Of a DNA stretch of 29,103 nt, positions 7,568 to 16,764 are shown in pieces (positions within the stretch are counted from its first letter, which is position 1; each line of letters opens with the position of its first letter). The notes beneath the pieces are model-generated. The model saw only the letters and a program-made list of their open reading frames with translations. It searched no databases and was not told the origin of the DNA. A program made the position numbers and the translations under genes. The stretch comes from a virus (lineage: Duplodnaviria; Caudoviricetes). Location: positions 1 to 29,103 of the IMG/VR virus record IMGVR_UViG_3300012663_000119; one strand, written 5' to 3'.

Positions 7568-7867
7568 ATGAAATTAAAAAACGAATTTGAGCCTATTAGA
7601 ACATGGGCAGGAGAAAAAGGTATTTTTCAAAAAGGTGATGTAAAAACACAATATATTAAATTACAAGAAGAAGCTGGTGAATTAGCAAAAGCAATTTTAA
7701 AAAATGATGAGCCAGAAATAATCGATGCACTTGGTGATTGTGTTGTTGTATTAATAAATTTAGCAGAACTAGCAGGTTATAAACTTGAGGATTGTATTAA
7801 CTCTGCTTATAATGTTATTAAAAGCAGAACAGGTAAAATGGAAAACGGAACATTTAAAAAAGATTAG
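7568..7867 (+). CDS. MazG-like nucleotide pyrophosphohydrolase
   Basis: KLQEEAGELA.AI.K.D..EIIDALGD motif. Confidence 0.9.
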   Translation: MKLKNEFEPIRTWAGEKGIFQKGDVKTQYIKLQEEAGELAKAILKNDEPEIIDALGDCVVVLINLAELAGYKLEDCINSAYNVIKSRTGKMENGTFKKD

Positions 7868-7868
7868 G

Positions 7869-8285
7869 ATGAGAAGATATATAGCAAAAATAAAATTAGA
7901 CAAAGACATTAAATTCTTACCAACAGGTCAATTAGGTGAAAAAATATTTGAGCTTTGGTTTAATGCAAACTATCAAGGCGAACAATTGTTTAAACAAGCA
8001 ATAGACAGAGACTTTCAAAAGATAGATTTTGCTGATGAAAAAGGTTTTACTTATCAAGTTAAAACTACGAGAGCTAAAACATATACCTTTAATTGTGATT
8101 TAGACAACCTTAAAGAACATTTAAAGTCTGAGATATATATATTTATACAAATTGATAATGACTATGCTTATATTGAGCCTATGTATGAAAAAGATTATAT
8201 ATTAACAAATATTAAAAAATCTTTTAAAGAAGACAATCAGTGTTTTATTTACGCTAAAGATTTACAACAGCAAAAACTATTCTAA
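7869..8285 (+). CDS. Putative PD-(D/E)xK-fold nuclease (ATG at 7869 preferred over 7785)
   Basis: G.LGE..F helix followed by IDF......YQVKT. Confidence 0.55.
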   Translation: MRRYIAKIKLDKDIKFLPTGQLGEKIFELWFNANYQGEQLFKQAIDRDFQKIDFADEKGFTYQVKTTRAKTYTFNCDLDNLKEHLKSEIYIFIQIDNDYAYIEPMYEKDYILTNIKKSFKEDNQCFIYAKDLQQQKLF

Positions 8286-9193
8286 TGATTTTAAACAATG
8301 GACACAGTACTCAATACTTAAACGATTATCTGGAGGGAAAAGTTCCCTCTGGATTAAAATTAGGTTGTGACTTAGACGATTTTTTCGTTCATAAGCAAGG
8401 ACAACTAAATGTTTTGTTAGGACACGACAACGTAGGTAAAACATATTTTTTAGAATGGTATTTTTTAGCACTTGCAACAAATCACAATTTAAAGTTTTGT
8501 TTGTTTATGGATGAGAACTATCAAGGTAAAGTAATGCGTGATTTAATTCAAATGTATGCAGGTAAAAAGTTTATGGATTTAACATATAACGAAGTTAGAA
8601 GATACGAAACAATACTCGAAAATTCGTTTAAGTTTGTAGATAATACCAAACGATACACTCCAGATGAATTATTAAACATCTTTGATAAAGCAGAATGCGA
8701 TGTACATTTGATTGACCCGTTCAATGGTTTAAAAACTCCGATGTCTTATAGTTCAAACTACGATGTATTAAACGATTTAAAGCACTTCACAAAGAATGGT
8801 AAAACAATCTACATAAACGCCCATCCAAGTTCAGCAAGTGGTAGACGTTCGGCAGTATATCCAGAAAAACACGGATGGTCTGGAAACGTTATGCCACCAT
8901 TAAAGTCAGACATTGAGGGCGGAAAAGCATTTGCAAATAAGGCAGACGATTTTTTAGTAGTTCATAGATTGACACAACATCCAGATTTATGGAACTACAC
9001 AATGGTTGAAGTCGTAAAGATTAAAGATACAGATACTGGCGGAAAACCAACACTATTAAACGAACCAATGATGATGGACTATAATTTTGGTTTGGGTTTT
9101 AAAGTTAGAGGTAAAGATGTGATAAAAAGATTAACTTTGCCAAGTACAAAAGCAATAGCACCAAATAATTCATTTGATAATTTACCATTTTGA
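8285..9193 (+). CDS. DnaB/RecA-like replicative helicase
   Basis: Walker A GHDNVGKT, Walker B LIDP, AHP and SDIEGG..FANKADD motifs. Confidence 0.8.
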   Translation: MILNNGHSTQYLNDYLEGKVPSGLKLGCDLDDFFVHKQGQLNVLLGHDNVGKTYFLEWYFLALATNHNLKFCLFMDENYQGKVMRDLIQMYAGKKFMDLTYNEVRRYETILENSFKFVDNTKRYTPDELLNIFDKAECDVHLIDPFNGLKTPMSYSSNYDVLNDLKHFTKNGKTIYINAHPSSASGRRSAVYPEKHGWSGNVMPPLKSDIEGGKAFANKADDFLVVHRLTQHPDLWNYTMVEVVKIKDTDTGGKPTLLNEPMMMDYNFGLGFKVRGKDVIKRLTLPSTKAIAPNNSFDNLPF

Positions 9194-9483
9194 AACAGAT
9201 AGCAATCATAGAAGCATCAATAACTTTTGAATCGTTAACGCAGTCTTTACAGATTTCAATAGATGATATCAAAAAAAAGAATGCACATAGAACAGATTTA
9301 ATTGAGTCAATGCAAAAGCACTTTGATTTTCTGCAAGACGCACGAACTACTTTTAACATTTTAGTAGACGAAAATAAACAATACCAAACTTTATTATATG
9401 CAGAACATAAAAAAGTAATGGAGTTAACAAGAGAAGTAGAGCAGTTGAAAAAGATAAACGAAAATTTAACAAATGGAATATGA
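9190..9483 (+). CDS. Hypothetical coiled-coil protein (TTG start)
   Basis: ORF overlapping the helicase stop. Confidence 0.6.
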   Translation: MKQIAIIEASITFESLTQSLQISIDDIKKKNAHRTDLIESMQKHFDFLQDARTTFNILVDENKQYQTLLYAEHKKVMELTREVEQLKKINENLTNGI

Positions 9484-9677
9484 AAAGAACTAAAGAAGAA
9501 TTAATTCAAATGTATACTTATATCCGTATACAAATTGCAAATACTAAAGACCATTATTTATTAATGGTTTTAGATAATATAAACACAATTATTAATGAAG
9601 TAGAAGAAATTCAAAAGATAAAAGAAATAGAAGATTTCGAGAAACAATATAGAAGTGTAAAACAAGATGAAAACTAA
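9480..9677 (+). CDS. Hypothetical protein
   Basis: Coupled ORF. Confidence 0.6.
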   Translation: MKRTKEELIQMYTYIRIQIANTKDHYLLMVLDNINTIINEVEEIQKIKEIEDFEKQYRSVKQDEN

Positions 9678-10200
9678 CTACGATAAAAAGTGCAAGGAAT
9701 GTGAAACGATATTCATACCACATCTAACTACGGATAAACTTTGCTTTGTATGCACTAAAACTAAACAAGCAATAAAGAACCTTGAAAAGATAAAGAAAGT
9801 TCATAAGAAAGCCTTAAAAGAGCAAATTATGACACTTCAAGACTATTTCAAGATAGCACAACAACACTTCAACAGATATATTCGTTTGCGTGACGCTGGT
9901 AATGTTTGCATATCGTGTCAAAAGAAACCAAAGAAAGAGAACGCTGGACACTATTTTTCTGCTGGCACACATACAAACGTACGATTTGACGAAATGAATG
10001 TACACTTACAATGTGAACACTGCAATACTTTTTTGAGTGGCAACCTAATCGAATACGGGATACACTTAGAAAATAAGATAGGAACGGATGAATTTACTAT
10101 GTTACGTGAACGTGCGTACATTACAAGAAAGTACACAAAAGACGAGTTAAAAGAACTTGCAGAGTATTATAAAAGAAAATGTAAAGAATTTACACCCTAA
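9667..10200 (+). CDS. ninG: NinG/Rap-family recombination endonuclease
   Basis: AQ..FN.YIRLRD...CISC...AGHY......RFDE.N.H.QC..CN..LSGN..EY motifs. Confidence 0.9.
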   Translation: MKTNYDKKCKECETIFIPHLTTDKLCFVCTKTKQAIKNLEKIKKVHKKALKEQIMTLQDYFKIAQQHFNRYIRLRDAGNVCISCQKKPKKENAGHYFSAGTHTNVRFDEMNVHLQCEHCNTFLSGNLIEYGIHLENKIGTDEFTMLRERAYITRKYTKDELKELAEYYKRKCKEFTP

Positions 10201-10272
10201 CTGATATAACTTATTAACAAATTATTGATTTTATACCTTATGTAGTATAACTTATTAACAAAATGTTGCGTC
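10191..10272 (+). repeat. Two 41-bp-period imperfect repeats with identical 17-mer TATAACTTATTAACAAA
   Basis: 17-mer at 10205-21 and 10246-62. Confidence 0.85.
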
Positions 10273-10295
10273 TATAATACAATATTTTATATTTG
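10266..10295 (+). promoter_or_regulatory. Host-sigma promoter of the operon containing the sigma-like gene
   Basis: TTG (10266-68), 19 nt spacer, TATATTTG (10288-95); ATG only 5 nt downstream. Confidence 0.75.
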
Positions 10296-10300
10296 CAAAT

Positions 10301-10549
10301 ATGGAGATACTATTTTTAATTTCTTTTGCGTGGTGGTTTGCTAATTTTGAACCATTACAACGTCAATTTGATAGGTTATTTTTACAGATTGAGGTAAATA
10401 AATACACCGATGCGATATATTCCGCAGTTAGTTGTATGAAGTGCTTATCTTTTTGGTTTGCACTTTTTTATTTTCAAGACTTTTTTATGGCTTGCTTTGT
10501 TTCATTAATCGGATACACTATTCAACTATGTTTGCAGAAACTGAAATAG
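10301..10549 (+). CDS. Small membrane protein with CxxC
   Basis: Hydrophobic segments and a CMKCLSFW motif. Confidence 0.7.
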   Translation: MEILFLISFAWWFANFEPLQRQFDRLFLQIEVNKYTDAIYSAVSCMKCLSFWFALFYFQDFFMACFVSLIGYTIQLCLQKLK

Positions 10550-10734
10550 AACTAATCGAAAAGCTACGAGATGCCGACCCAATTATAAAGTCAGCAAAGA
10601 CAACTTGCATAAAATTATCCGCTATTCGTATTCGAGTAACTGGAGAGAAAGAGAAAGAATGCTTTTGCAGTCAAGTAAGACGCAGAATTTGGATAAAAGA
10701 CTTTTATAATTGGTATGATAGCATTACTAAATAA
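10528..10734 (+). CDS. Hypothetical Cys-containing protein (ATG at 10528 preferred over 10432)
   Basis: MFAETEIE...ECFCSQ; the shorter start avoids a long overlap. Confidence 0.6.
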   Translation: MFAETEIELIEKLRDADPIIKSAKTTCIKLSAIRIRVTGEKEKECFCSQVRRRIWIKDFYNWYDSITK

Positions 10735-11230
10735 CTACATATCGAAAAATTACGATGAAATAAACCGATATACTCGGTATTTTGTCAGCAGATTGAATTC
10801 ACAACTTGACATTGATACTATAATAAACAACGCATACATTAAAGCAAGTGAGTCTAAGTACCAGTACAAAGAAGAACACGAAGCTAAAGCAATGTTTCTG
10901 CATTTAATCAAATGTGAATTACTATGGCAGTCAGACTCAAAGAAAGAGATTATAAATTCAGTAGAAAACGAATACATTGAAGACTCTATTGACGATTCAC
11001 TTGAAGACGAAATAAAGTTTAGTGAAAGATTGGAGATATTAGAAAATTATAGAGGTCAAATAACGGACAGAATTAAATTGATATTCTTTGAAACGTATTT
11101 TGATAAGAGAATTTCTACCAGTCGCACGATTGCTAAACATTTTAACATAAGTAACACATCCGCACATTTTATGATAGTTGAGATGTTAGAGTCAATAAAA
11201 CATTTTGAAAAGTACGGACAATATAAATAA
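10715..11230 (+). CDS. ECF-sigma-like late transcription regulator
   Basis: 171 aa; region-2-like N-terminus (Y.EI.RY......DIDTIINNAYIK) and region-4-like HTH (TSRTIAKHFNISNTSAH); located just before the packaging genes. Confidence 0.65.
   Translation: MIALLNNYISKNYDEINRYTRYFVSRLNSQLDIDTIINNAYIKASESKYQYKEEHEAKAMFLHLIKCELLWQSDSKKEIINSVENEYIEDSIDDSLEDEIKFSERLEILENYRGQITDRIKLIFFETYFDKRISTSRTIAKHFNISNTSAHFMIVEMLESIKHFEKYGQYK
11198..11224 (+). promoter_or_regulatory. Late promoter motif, copy 1
   Basis: AAAC-N16-ACAATAT. Confidence 0.7.
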
Positions 11231-11236
11231 AACGAT

Positions 11237-11503
11237 ATGAAAGTTAAAGAAGAATACAAAGGACAAACGATAACTATTAACGATGGAATTTTAGGTATGA
11301 TAAAAATAGACTTAAACACTATTAAACCAATGCAAGAACGTAGATTAATTGCTTTAGGTTACACGCATTTATTTGAAGATGAAAAAGAGGTCGTTTCGCA
11401 CGATGATTTAATTGAATCACACGAGGAGAAAATAGAAGAAGTTATTGAAGCACCAATTGAAAAAGCACCAGTAAAGAAAACAAGACGTAAAAAGTCAGTA
11501 TGA
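11237..11503 (+). CDS. Hypothetical protein with acidic and basic tail
   Basis: ORF after the late promoter. Confidence 0.7.
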   Translation: MKVKEEYKGQTITINDGILGMIKIDLNTIKPMQERRLIALGYTHLFEDEKEVVSHDDLIESHEEKIEEVIEAPIEKAPVKKTRRKKSV

Positions 11504-11676
11504 AGTACTATATAATTCAATACTCTCGTTCAATGTTTGAAAGAATGCAACGTATGTTACCATCTTTAATGGATGAAGATACGCACGTTTGCTTTTACGA
11601 GTACACATCTGACGAACCGCACGAACTAAATATAACTTCAGTAAGTGAAGACGAATTTCTAAAACATTACAAATGA
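11500..11676 (+). CDS. Hypothetical 58-aa protein, absent from the ORF track
   Basis: MKYYIIQYSRS...EFLKHYK; ATGA overlaps at both ends. Confidence 0.7.
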   Translation: MKYYIIQYSRSMFERMQRMLPSLMDEDTHVCFYEYTSDEPHELNITSVSEDEFLKHYK

Positions 11677-12092
11677 AACCAAAATACATAAAGACACCAG
11701 AAGCAATGCAAGAACTATTCGAACAATACAAGGGTAGTTTAAAGCCACGTGAAATACAAAAAGCAACCGCAACTGGAGTTAAGTCTGAGTTCCATACACC
11801 GCCGTTAACATTCGAGGGGTTTCTTAATTTCTGCGAGGATAACATAGGTTGTGTGCATCAATATTTTGAGAATAGAGATAATAGATATAATGAGTATGTG
11901 GCTATCTGTTCACGTATAAAGAGAACAATACGACAAGACCAAATTGAAGGCGGTATGGTTGGACAATTCAATCCATCAATTACACAACGACTAAACAACT
12001 TAACTGAACGCACCGACATAACAACACAAGGTCAGCAAGTAAGTGATATTAAAATTACGATAGTTGGAGATACGAGCAACGAAAGTATTTGA
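11673..12092 (+). CDS. terS: Terminase small subunit (P22 gp3-like)
   Basis: TPE.M.ELF.QY, PLT.EGF and I...IR.DQI.GGM.G.FNPSI.QRLN.L motifs; upstream of TerL. Confidence 0.8.
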   Translation: MKPKYIKTPEAMQELFEQYKGSLKPREIQKATATGVKSEFHTPPLTFEGFLNFCEDNIGCVHQYFENRDNRYNEYVAICSRIKRTIRQDQIEGGMVGQFNPSITQRLNNLTERTDITTQGQQVSDIKITIVGDTSNESI

Positions 12093-13215
12093 GAAAAACT
12101 ACAAAGCCTTAGAAGATAATTCTATTCGCTTTCTGATTAACCAAGGTGGTTCACGTTCAAGCAAGACGTATTCGCTTTGTCAGTTGCTTATTGTGTGGTG
12201 CTTGGCTAATCCAAACAAGGTAGTATCAATAGTTCGTAAAACTTTCCCAGCGTTACGTGCAACCGTGATGCGTGACTTCTTCGAGGTGCTTAAAGACTTA
12301 GACTTATACGAAAAGAGCAACCACAATATGAGCGAAAATATATATCGCTTTGCAAATGGTTCGATAGTAGAGTTCTTTAGTGTTGACGATGAGCAAAAGA
12401 TACGTGGTCGAAAACGTGATATAGGTTGGTGCAATGAAGCAAACGAACTTTGGTTTGAAGACTTCCAACAATTGAATATGCGTACTGAATCAAAACTTAT
12501 ATTCGACTATAATCCATCCGAGTCTGCATCTTGGTTGTATGAGTTACCGGAGAATGAAAGCGTTTTAATTAAGTCAACGTATAAAGATAATCCGTTTCTA
12601 CCTGAATCAATCAAACGTCAGATTGAAGACTTGCAAAGAACTGATGAAGCATTGTATCAGATTTACGCACTTGGAGAGAAAGCAATAAGCAAACTAAACA
12701 TCTATTCGAATTGGACATTTGTAAAACATAGAGAGCCACGCTTTACTAATTTTGTTTATGGTCTTGACTTTGGTTACAATCACCCAACGGCATTGGTTAA
12801 AGTTTACTATTGTGACAAAGACATTTACATTGAGCCAATTATATACGAATCATATTTAACGACTACACAACTAATTGAACGCTTTGAGCAATTGAATGTA
12901 GATAAGCATGCTGACATCTTAGCCGATTATTCAAGACCTGAAATCATAGCAGAATTACAAACTGCTGGCTACAATGTAAACAATGCAAACAAGGTAGTTA
13001 AAAAAGGAATAGACAACGTTAAGACATTCGGAGTATTTGCTGAAGACTATCCACCATTGAAAAAAGAATACGATAACTACAAGTGGAAGAAAGTAGGCGA
13101 CATTATAACAGATGAGCCAGTTAAACTATTTGACGATGCTATGGATGCGATACGATACGCTACTACGTTCATTCGTGAGATGTATTATTCAGACGATGCT
13201 TATATGGCATTCTAA
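12064..13215 (+). CDS. terL: Terminase large subunit, PBSX/SPP1 type (TTG start)
   Basis: QGGSRSSKT Walker A, WCNEANE Walker B, DYNP, STYKDNPFL, GLDFGY and DDAMDAIRY motifs. Confidence 0.95.
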   Translation: MEIRATKVFEKNYKALEDNSIRFLINQGGSRSSKTYSLCQLLIVWCLANPNKVVSIVRKTFPALRATVMRDFFEVLKDLDLYEKSNHNMSENIYRFANGSIVEFFSVDDEQKIRGRKRDIGWCNEANELWFEDFQQLNMRTESKLIFDYNPSESASWLYELPENESVLIKSTYKDNPFLPESIKRQIEDLQRTDEALYQIYALGEKAISKLNIYSNWTFVKHREPRFTNFVYGLDFGYNHPTALVKVYYCDKDIYIEPIIYESYLTTTQLIERFEQLNVDKHADILADYSRPEIIAELQTAGYNVNNANKVVKKGIDNVKTFGVFAEDYPPLKKEYDNYKWKKVGDIITDEPVKLFDDAMDAIRYATTFIREMYYSDDAYMAF

Positions 13216-13242
13216 AAACAAAAAGTAAATTTTAAACAATAT
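13216..13242 (+). promoter_or_regulatory. Late promoter motif, copy 2
   Basis: AAAC-N16-ACAATAT. Confidence 0.7.
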
Positions 13243-13258
13243 ATAAAAAAGAGAAAAA

Positions 13259-13531
13259 ATGGGAACAAATTTAATGGGCGAGTTAGTCGCTAACTTAGGG
13301 AGTTATATTTTAAACAACACAACTGCAACAAACAAAACAATTGATGCTATCGTAGTACTTGAAGATACTATTTTTAGTTCTATTCGTGTTGCTGGTTCGG
13401 ATGTAAAAAGTACGTACTTAGCAGACGCAACGAAAGCAATTAAAGCTGGTGCAATCATTACACCAATTAACGATGTTCAGTTTAGCGGTTTGACGTTAAC
13501 GAGTGGTTCTGTTGCTTTAGTATTAGGTTAA
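13259..13531 (+). CDS. Small beta-rich virion protein
   Basis: Ends in LTLTSGSVAL; precedes the fibre-like gene. Confidence 0.6.
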   Translation: MGTNLMGELVANLGSYILNNTTATNKTIDAIVVLEDTIFSSIRVAGSDVKSTYLADATKAIKAGAIITPINDVQFSGLTLTSGSVALVLG

Positions 13532-13532
13532 G

Positions 13533-15107
13533 ATGTACGGATATTGCTACTCAGCTTATAATCGTCTTTCATTCTTAGGTGGATTCGATTCTAACGCTTC
13601 TGCATTCTTTGTTGCAACTGGTATAACTGACCCAGCTATTCAAAGTGCTATAAACACTTTATGCGTTGACTTAAAGAAGTACGGAGTATTTGACAAGATG
13701 AAAGCAATCTACCCATTTGTAGGTGGAACTGCATCAAGTCATTCGTTCAATTTAGTTAATACTTCACTGCATCAGATTACTTGGTTTGGTGGTCTTACAC
13801 ACGATTCAAACGGAGTTACTCCAAACGGAACAAATGGTTACGGAAACTTAAACTTTAATCCTCGCACGCATTTAGGTACACAATCTTCAATGGGAACATA
13901 TTGTAGAGTTAATAATACTTTAAGTGGTAAAGTGGATTATGGTAGTAGTAATTTAGATGGATTTCAAAATGCTTGTTTAATTGCTTCATTTAGTAATCTT
14001 ATTTATTTTCAAAATAGTGGAGGAGTTAATAATATCTCAACACCAAATGCAACAACTAATGCGTTCTTTCATACTGGAGTAGATACAAGCAATAATTTAT
14101 TTGCATATAAAAATAACACTTTATTATTAAGTAAAACACCAGCAGTTATTGGAACACCGCCAAATATCAACACTACTTTATTTGCATATAATGCTGGGGG
14201 AGTTAATTCATTCTCTCCAAGACCTTCATCGTTTTTCTTTGCTGGTTCTGGAATAACACAAGAAGATAATGGCAATATTTATTATTGTATTCAAAAGTTC
14301 CAAACTACGTTAGGTCGCCAAGTAGGTACACCAATTTATTCATCGAATGCAACAGACGTTAACGCTCGTTTGTTCTTAGGTGCAACCAATATACAAGACG
14401 CAACTATCACAAGTGCAGTAGACACTTTAGTACAAGGTTTAAAAACTGATGGAATATGGAGCAAGTTAAAAGCAGTCTATCCTTTCGTAGGTGGTACTGC
14501 TACAACACACAAATTCAACTTGGCAAATGCTTTAGATGAAGATGCTTCATTTAGGTTGGCGTTTTTAGGTGGATGGTCGCACGATGCAAATGGAATTACT
14601 CCTAATGGAACTAATGGATATGCAGACACGTTTTTAACGTCTAATTTAATGGCTCAAAATTCGGCTCACTTATCAATTTATAACAGAACTAATTCAGCTG
14701 GTAATTTTACAGATATTGGTTGTACAACTGCTTCTGTTGCTGGTAATGATAACCAAATAGTTTCAAGATTTACTGGTAACATTAATTACTCAACAATTAA
14801 CACAAATTTAGTAGCTGGGTTTTCAAATAGTTCAAGTGATGGTCAAAATCTTATTTCAAGAATAACATCTTCAGATATGAATTATTTTAGAAATAACACT
14901 AAAACAATTATCACAAGAGCAAGTATCGCACCAAATACAATTAAAATAACGATAGGAGCAAGAAATGTGAATAACGTATCAAGAGAGTTATATAGCAGTA
15001 GACAAATTGCATTTACTACCATTGGAGACGGACTAACTGACACCGAAGCATTAAACCTTTACACACGAGTACAAGCATTTCAAACAACTTTAAATAGACA
15101 AGTATAA
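13533..15107 (+). CDS. Fibre/receptor-binding-like protein with a tandemly duplicated ~255-aa domain (probably LamG/ConA-like)
   Basis: Two copies of D.NA..F..AT.I.D..I.SA..TL...LK..G...K.KA.YPFVGGTA..H.FNL.N ... FQTTL.RQV. Confidence 0.65.
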   Translation: MYGYCYSAYNRLSFLGGFDSNASAFFVATGITDPAIQSAINTLCVDLKKYGVFDKMKAIYPFVGGTASSHSFNLVNTSLHQITWFGGLTHDSNGVTPNGTNGYGNLNFNPRTHLGTQSSMGTYCRVNNTLSGKVDYGSSNLDGFQNACLIASFSNLIYFQNSGGVNNISTPNATTNAFFHTGVDTSNNLFAYKNNTLLLSKTPAVIGTPPNINTTLFAYNAGGVNSFSPRPSSFFFAGSGITQEDNGNIYYCIQKFQTTLGRQVGTPIYSSNATDVNARLFLGATNIQDATITSAVDTLVQGLKTDGIWSKLKAVYPFVGGTATTHKFNLANALDEDASFRLAFLGGWSHDANGITPNGTNGYADTFLTSNLMAQNSAHLSIYNRTNSAGNFTDIGCTTASVAGNDNQIVSRFTGNINYSTINTNLVAGFSNSSSDGQNLISRITSSDMNYFRNNTKTIITRASIAPNTIKITIGARNVNNVSRELYSSRQIAFTTIGDGLTDTEALNLYTRVQAFQTTLNRQV

Positions 15108-15355
15108 TGAAACTAAACCAAATTACAACCGAAGACTTAAATACCTTAGTAGGTCTATTAAACCAAGAGCAAAAAGATTCTTTAGTGGGACAATTGTACA
15201 CAGATGATTCTTACTTCAACCCAATTCAAGACGCTAAAGATAATTGGATTATCTCAACGGAAGAAATGAGCAACTGCACAAACGAATTATTTTTGTGGGT
15301 TAAAGAATTGGAATTGATTACATACGTACCAAAAGAAGTAACACCGATAGTATAA
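15107..15355 (+). CDS. Small acidic protein coupled to the fibre gene
   Basis: TAATG overlap; VGLL..EQKD.L.GQ.Y..DSYFNPIQD pattern. Confidence 0.7.
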   Translation: MKLNQITTEDLNTLVGLLNQEQKDSLVGQLYTDDSYFNPIQDAKDNWIISTEEMSNCTNELFLWVKELELITYVPKEVTPIV

Positions 15356-16764
15356 TGGCGATGACTAAGATTGCAGAAGTTTACGACTTCGCACCAGCAT
15401 ACAACCCTTTGATGTTTATATACAATTCAACGAATAAAAACAAGTTGGGTTTTAAATATATCTTTCAAGTGTATGCAAGTGGCACGGCTACAAAAATAGG
15501 AGAGTATAAAGTATTACCGAGATTCAGTGATGGATACGGACAAATAGATTTATCTAAACTTCTGCAATCACAAGTTACATTCAATATTAACGTAACAAAT
15601 CCAAGCGACTGCTATTACAACTACGATGTTAAGATAGGAGAGGAATACATACAAGGAGTTGCTTATTCAAGTTCATTAACAAATAACGCTGGATTCGTAA
15701 AGATTACAAGTGCGACACATACGTTTGTTGTAGGCGACCAAGTAAGCATTAAACAAGCTGATGATGGTTTAGCAAATCCACTTATTGAGGGCTTATTCGT
15801 TGTTAAGTCGGTGCAGTCTTCAACTCAGTTTACTATTAGTGCTTTATGGTCAAACGTAAACAACGCAACAATAGATGGAAACGTTTACTTTGCAGACAAT
15901 AGAAAGACTCAAACTTTAGCCATAATTACAGAATCTGATAAGTATGTGTTTAATGGGGTTCGTTCGTGGGTAGATTACACTACATACAATGAAAATCAAT
16001 ACTTAATTGATACTTTTAGTAATACAAAATTATTTGTAACAGACTTACCAACTACTGGATTTTCAATTACACCGACACAAAACTTGTGGTTAAACGTAGC
16101 AAACAACTTTGAAACGTCAGATTTGTATTGTATTATTTACACCAATACTGGACAATTCAGATATAGCATAACAAACGCAAACATAATGACTCAGTTATGC
16201 ATTGGAGTTGATGGCAACCCAGACATTATAGATTCAGGTTCTTTGCCAATGGTTGACGAAGACACAACAACAATTTCATTTCAAATAGTAAACGATGGGT
16301 TAGACGAGTTTTCTCAATACTATAACATTGATGTTGACCAACGTTGTAGAATAAACGAGTACGATGTTTATTTTATGGACAGAATGGGAAGCATCGCTTC
16401 ATTTGGATTCAGTCTTAAATCATACGAGAACGGAAGCGTAACACGTCAAACATATAATAAAGTTAATCAAGGTTATGTAAGTTCCCAAATGTGGAACTAT
16501 GCAACAACTGAATTTGGACAAACGGCATACTCAATTCAATTAGATAAAACATTCGAACTTAACACCGACTGGATGACTGAAGAAATGAACGTGTACTTTG
16601 AGCAATTACTTACTTCGCCTTTGACGTTTGTTAGATTCGGAGATGACTACATTTCGTGTCAAGTAACAGATTCATCGTTTGAGGTTAACAGAAGACGCAA
16701 CAAAAACCTTATTCGTAAAACAATCACAATTAAATTAGCAAACCAAAACACAATAAATGTTTAA
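15355..16764 (+). CDS. Tail/baseplate structural protein
   Basis: Position in tail block; conserved-looking LNTDW..E C-terminal region; internal ITSATHTFVVGDQVSI beta insert. Confidence 0.6.
   Translation: MAMTKIAEVYDFAPAYNPLMFIYNSTNKNKLGFKYIFQVYASGTATKIGEYKVLPRFSDGYGQIDLSKLLQSQVTFNINVTNPSDCYYNYDVKIGEEYIQGVAYSSSLTNNAGFVKITSATHTFVVGDQVSIKQADDGLANPLIEGLFVVKSVQSSTQFTISALWSNVNNATIDGNVYFADNRKTQTLAIITESDKYVFNGVRSWVDYTTYNENQYLIDTFSNTKLFVTDLPTTGFSITPTQNLWLNVANNFETSDLYCIIYTNTGQFRYSITNANIMTQLCIGVDGNPDIIDSGSLPMVDEDTTTISFQIVNDGLDEFSQYYNIDVDQRCRINEYDVYFMDRMGSIASFGFSLKSYENGSVTRQTYNKVNQGYVSSQMWNYATTEFGQTAYSIQLDKTFELNTDWMTEEMNVYFEQLLTSPLTFVRFGDDYISCQVTDSSFEVNRRRNKNLIRKTITIKLANQNTINV

Noticed and set aside
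10191-10272. CRISPR mini-array
   Set aside because: Only two AT-rich units with similar intervening sequence; no cas genes.
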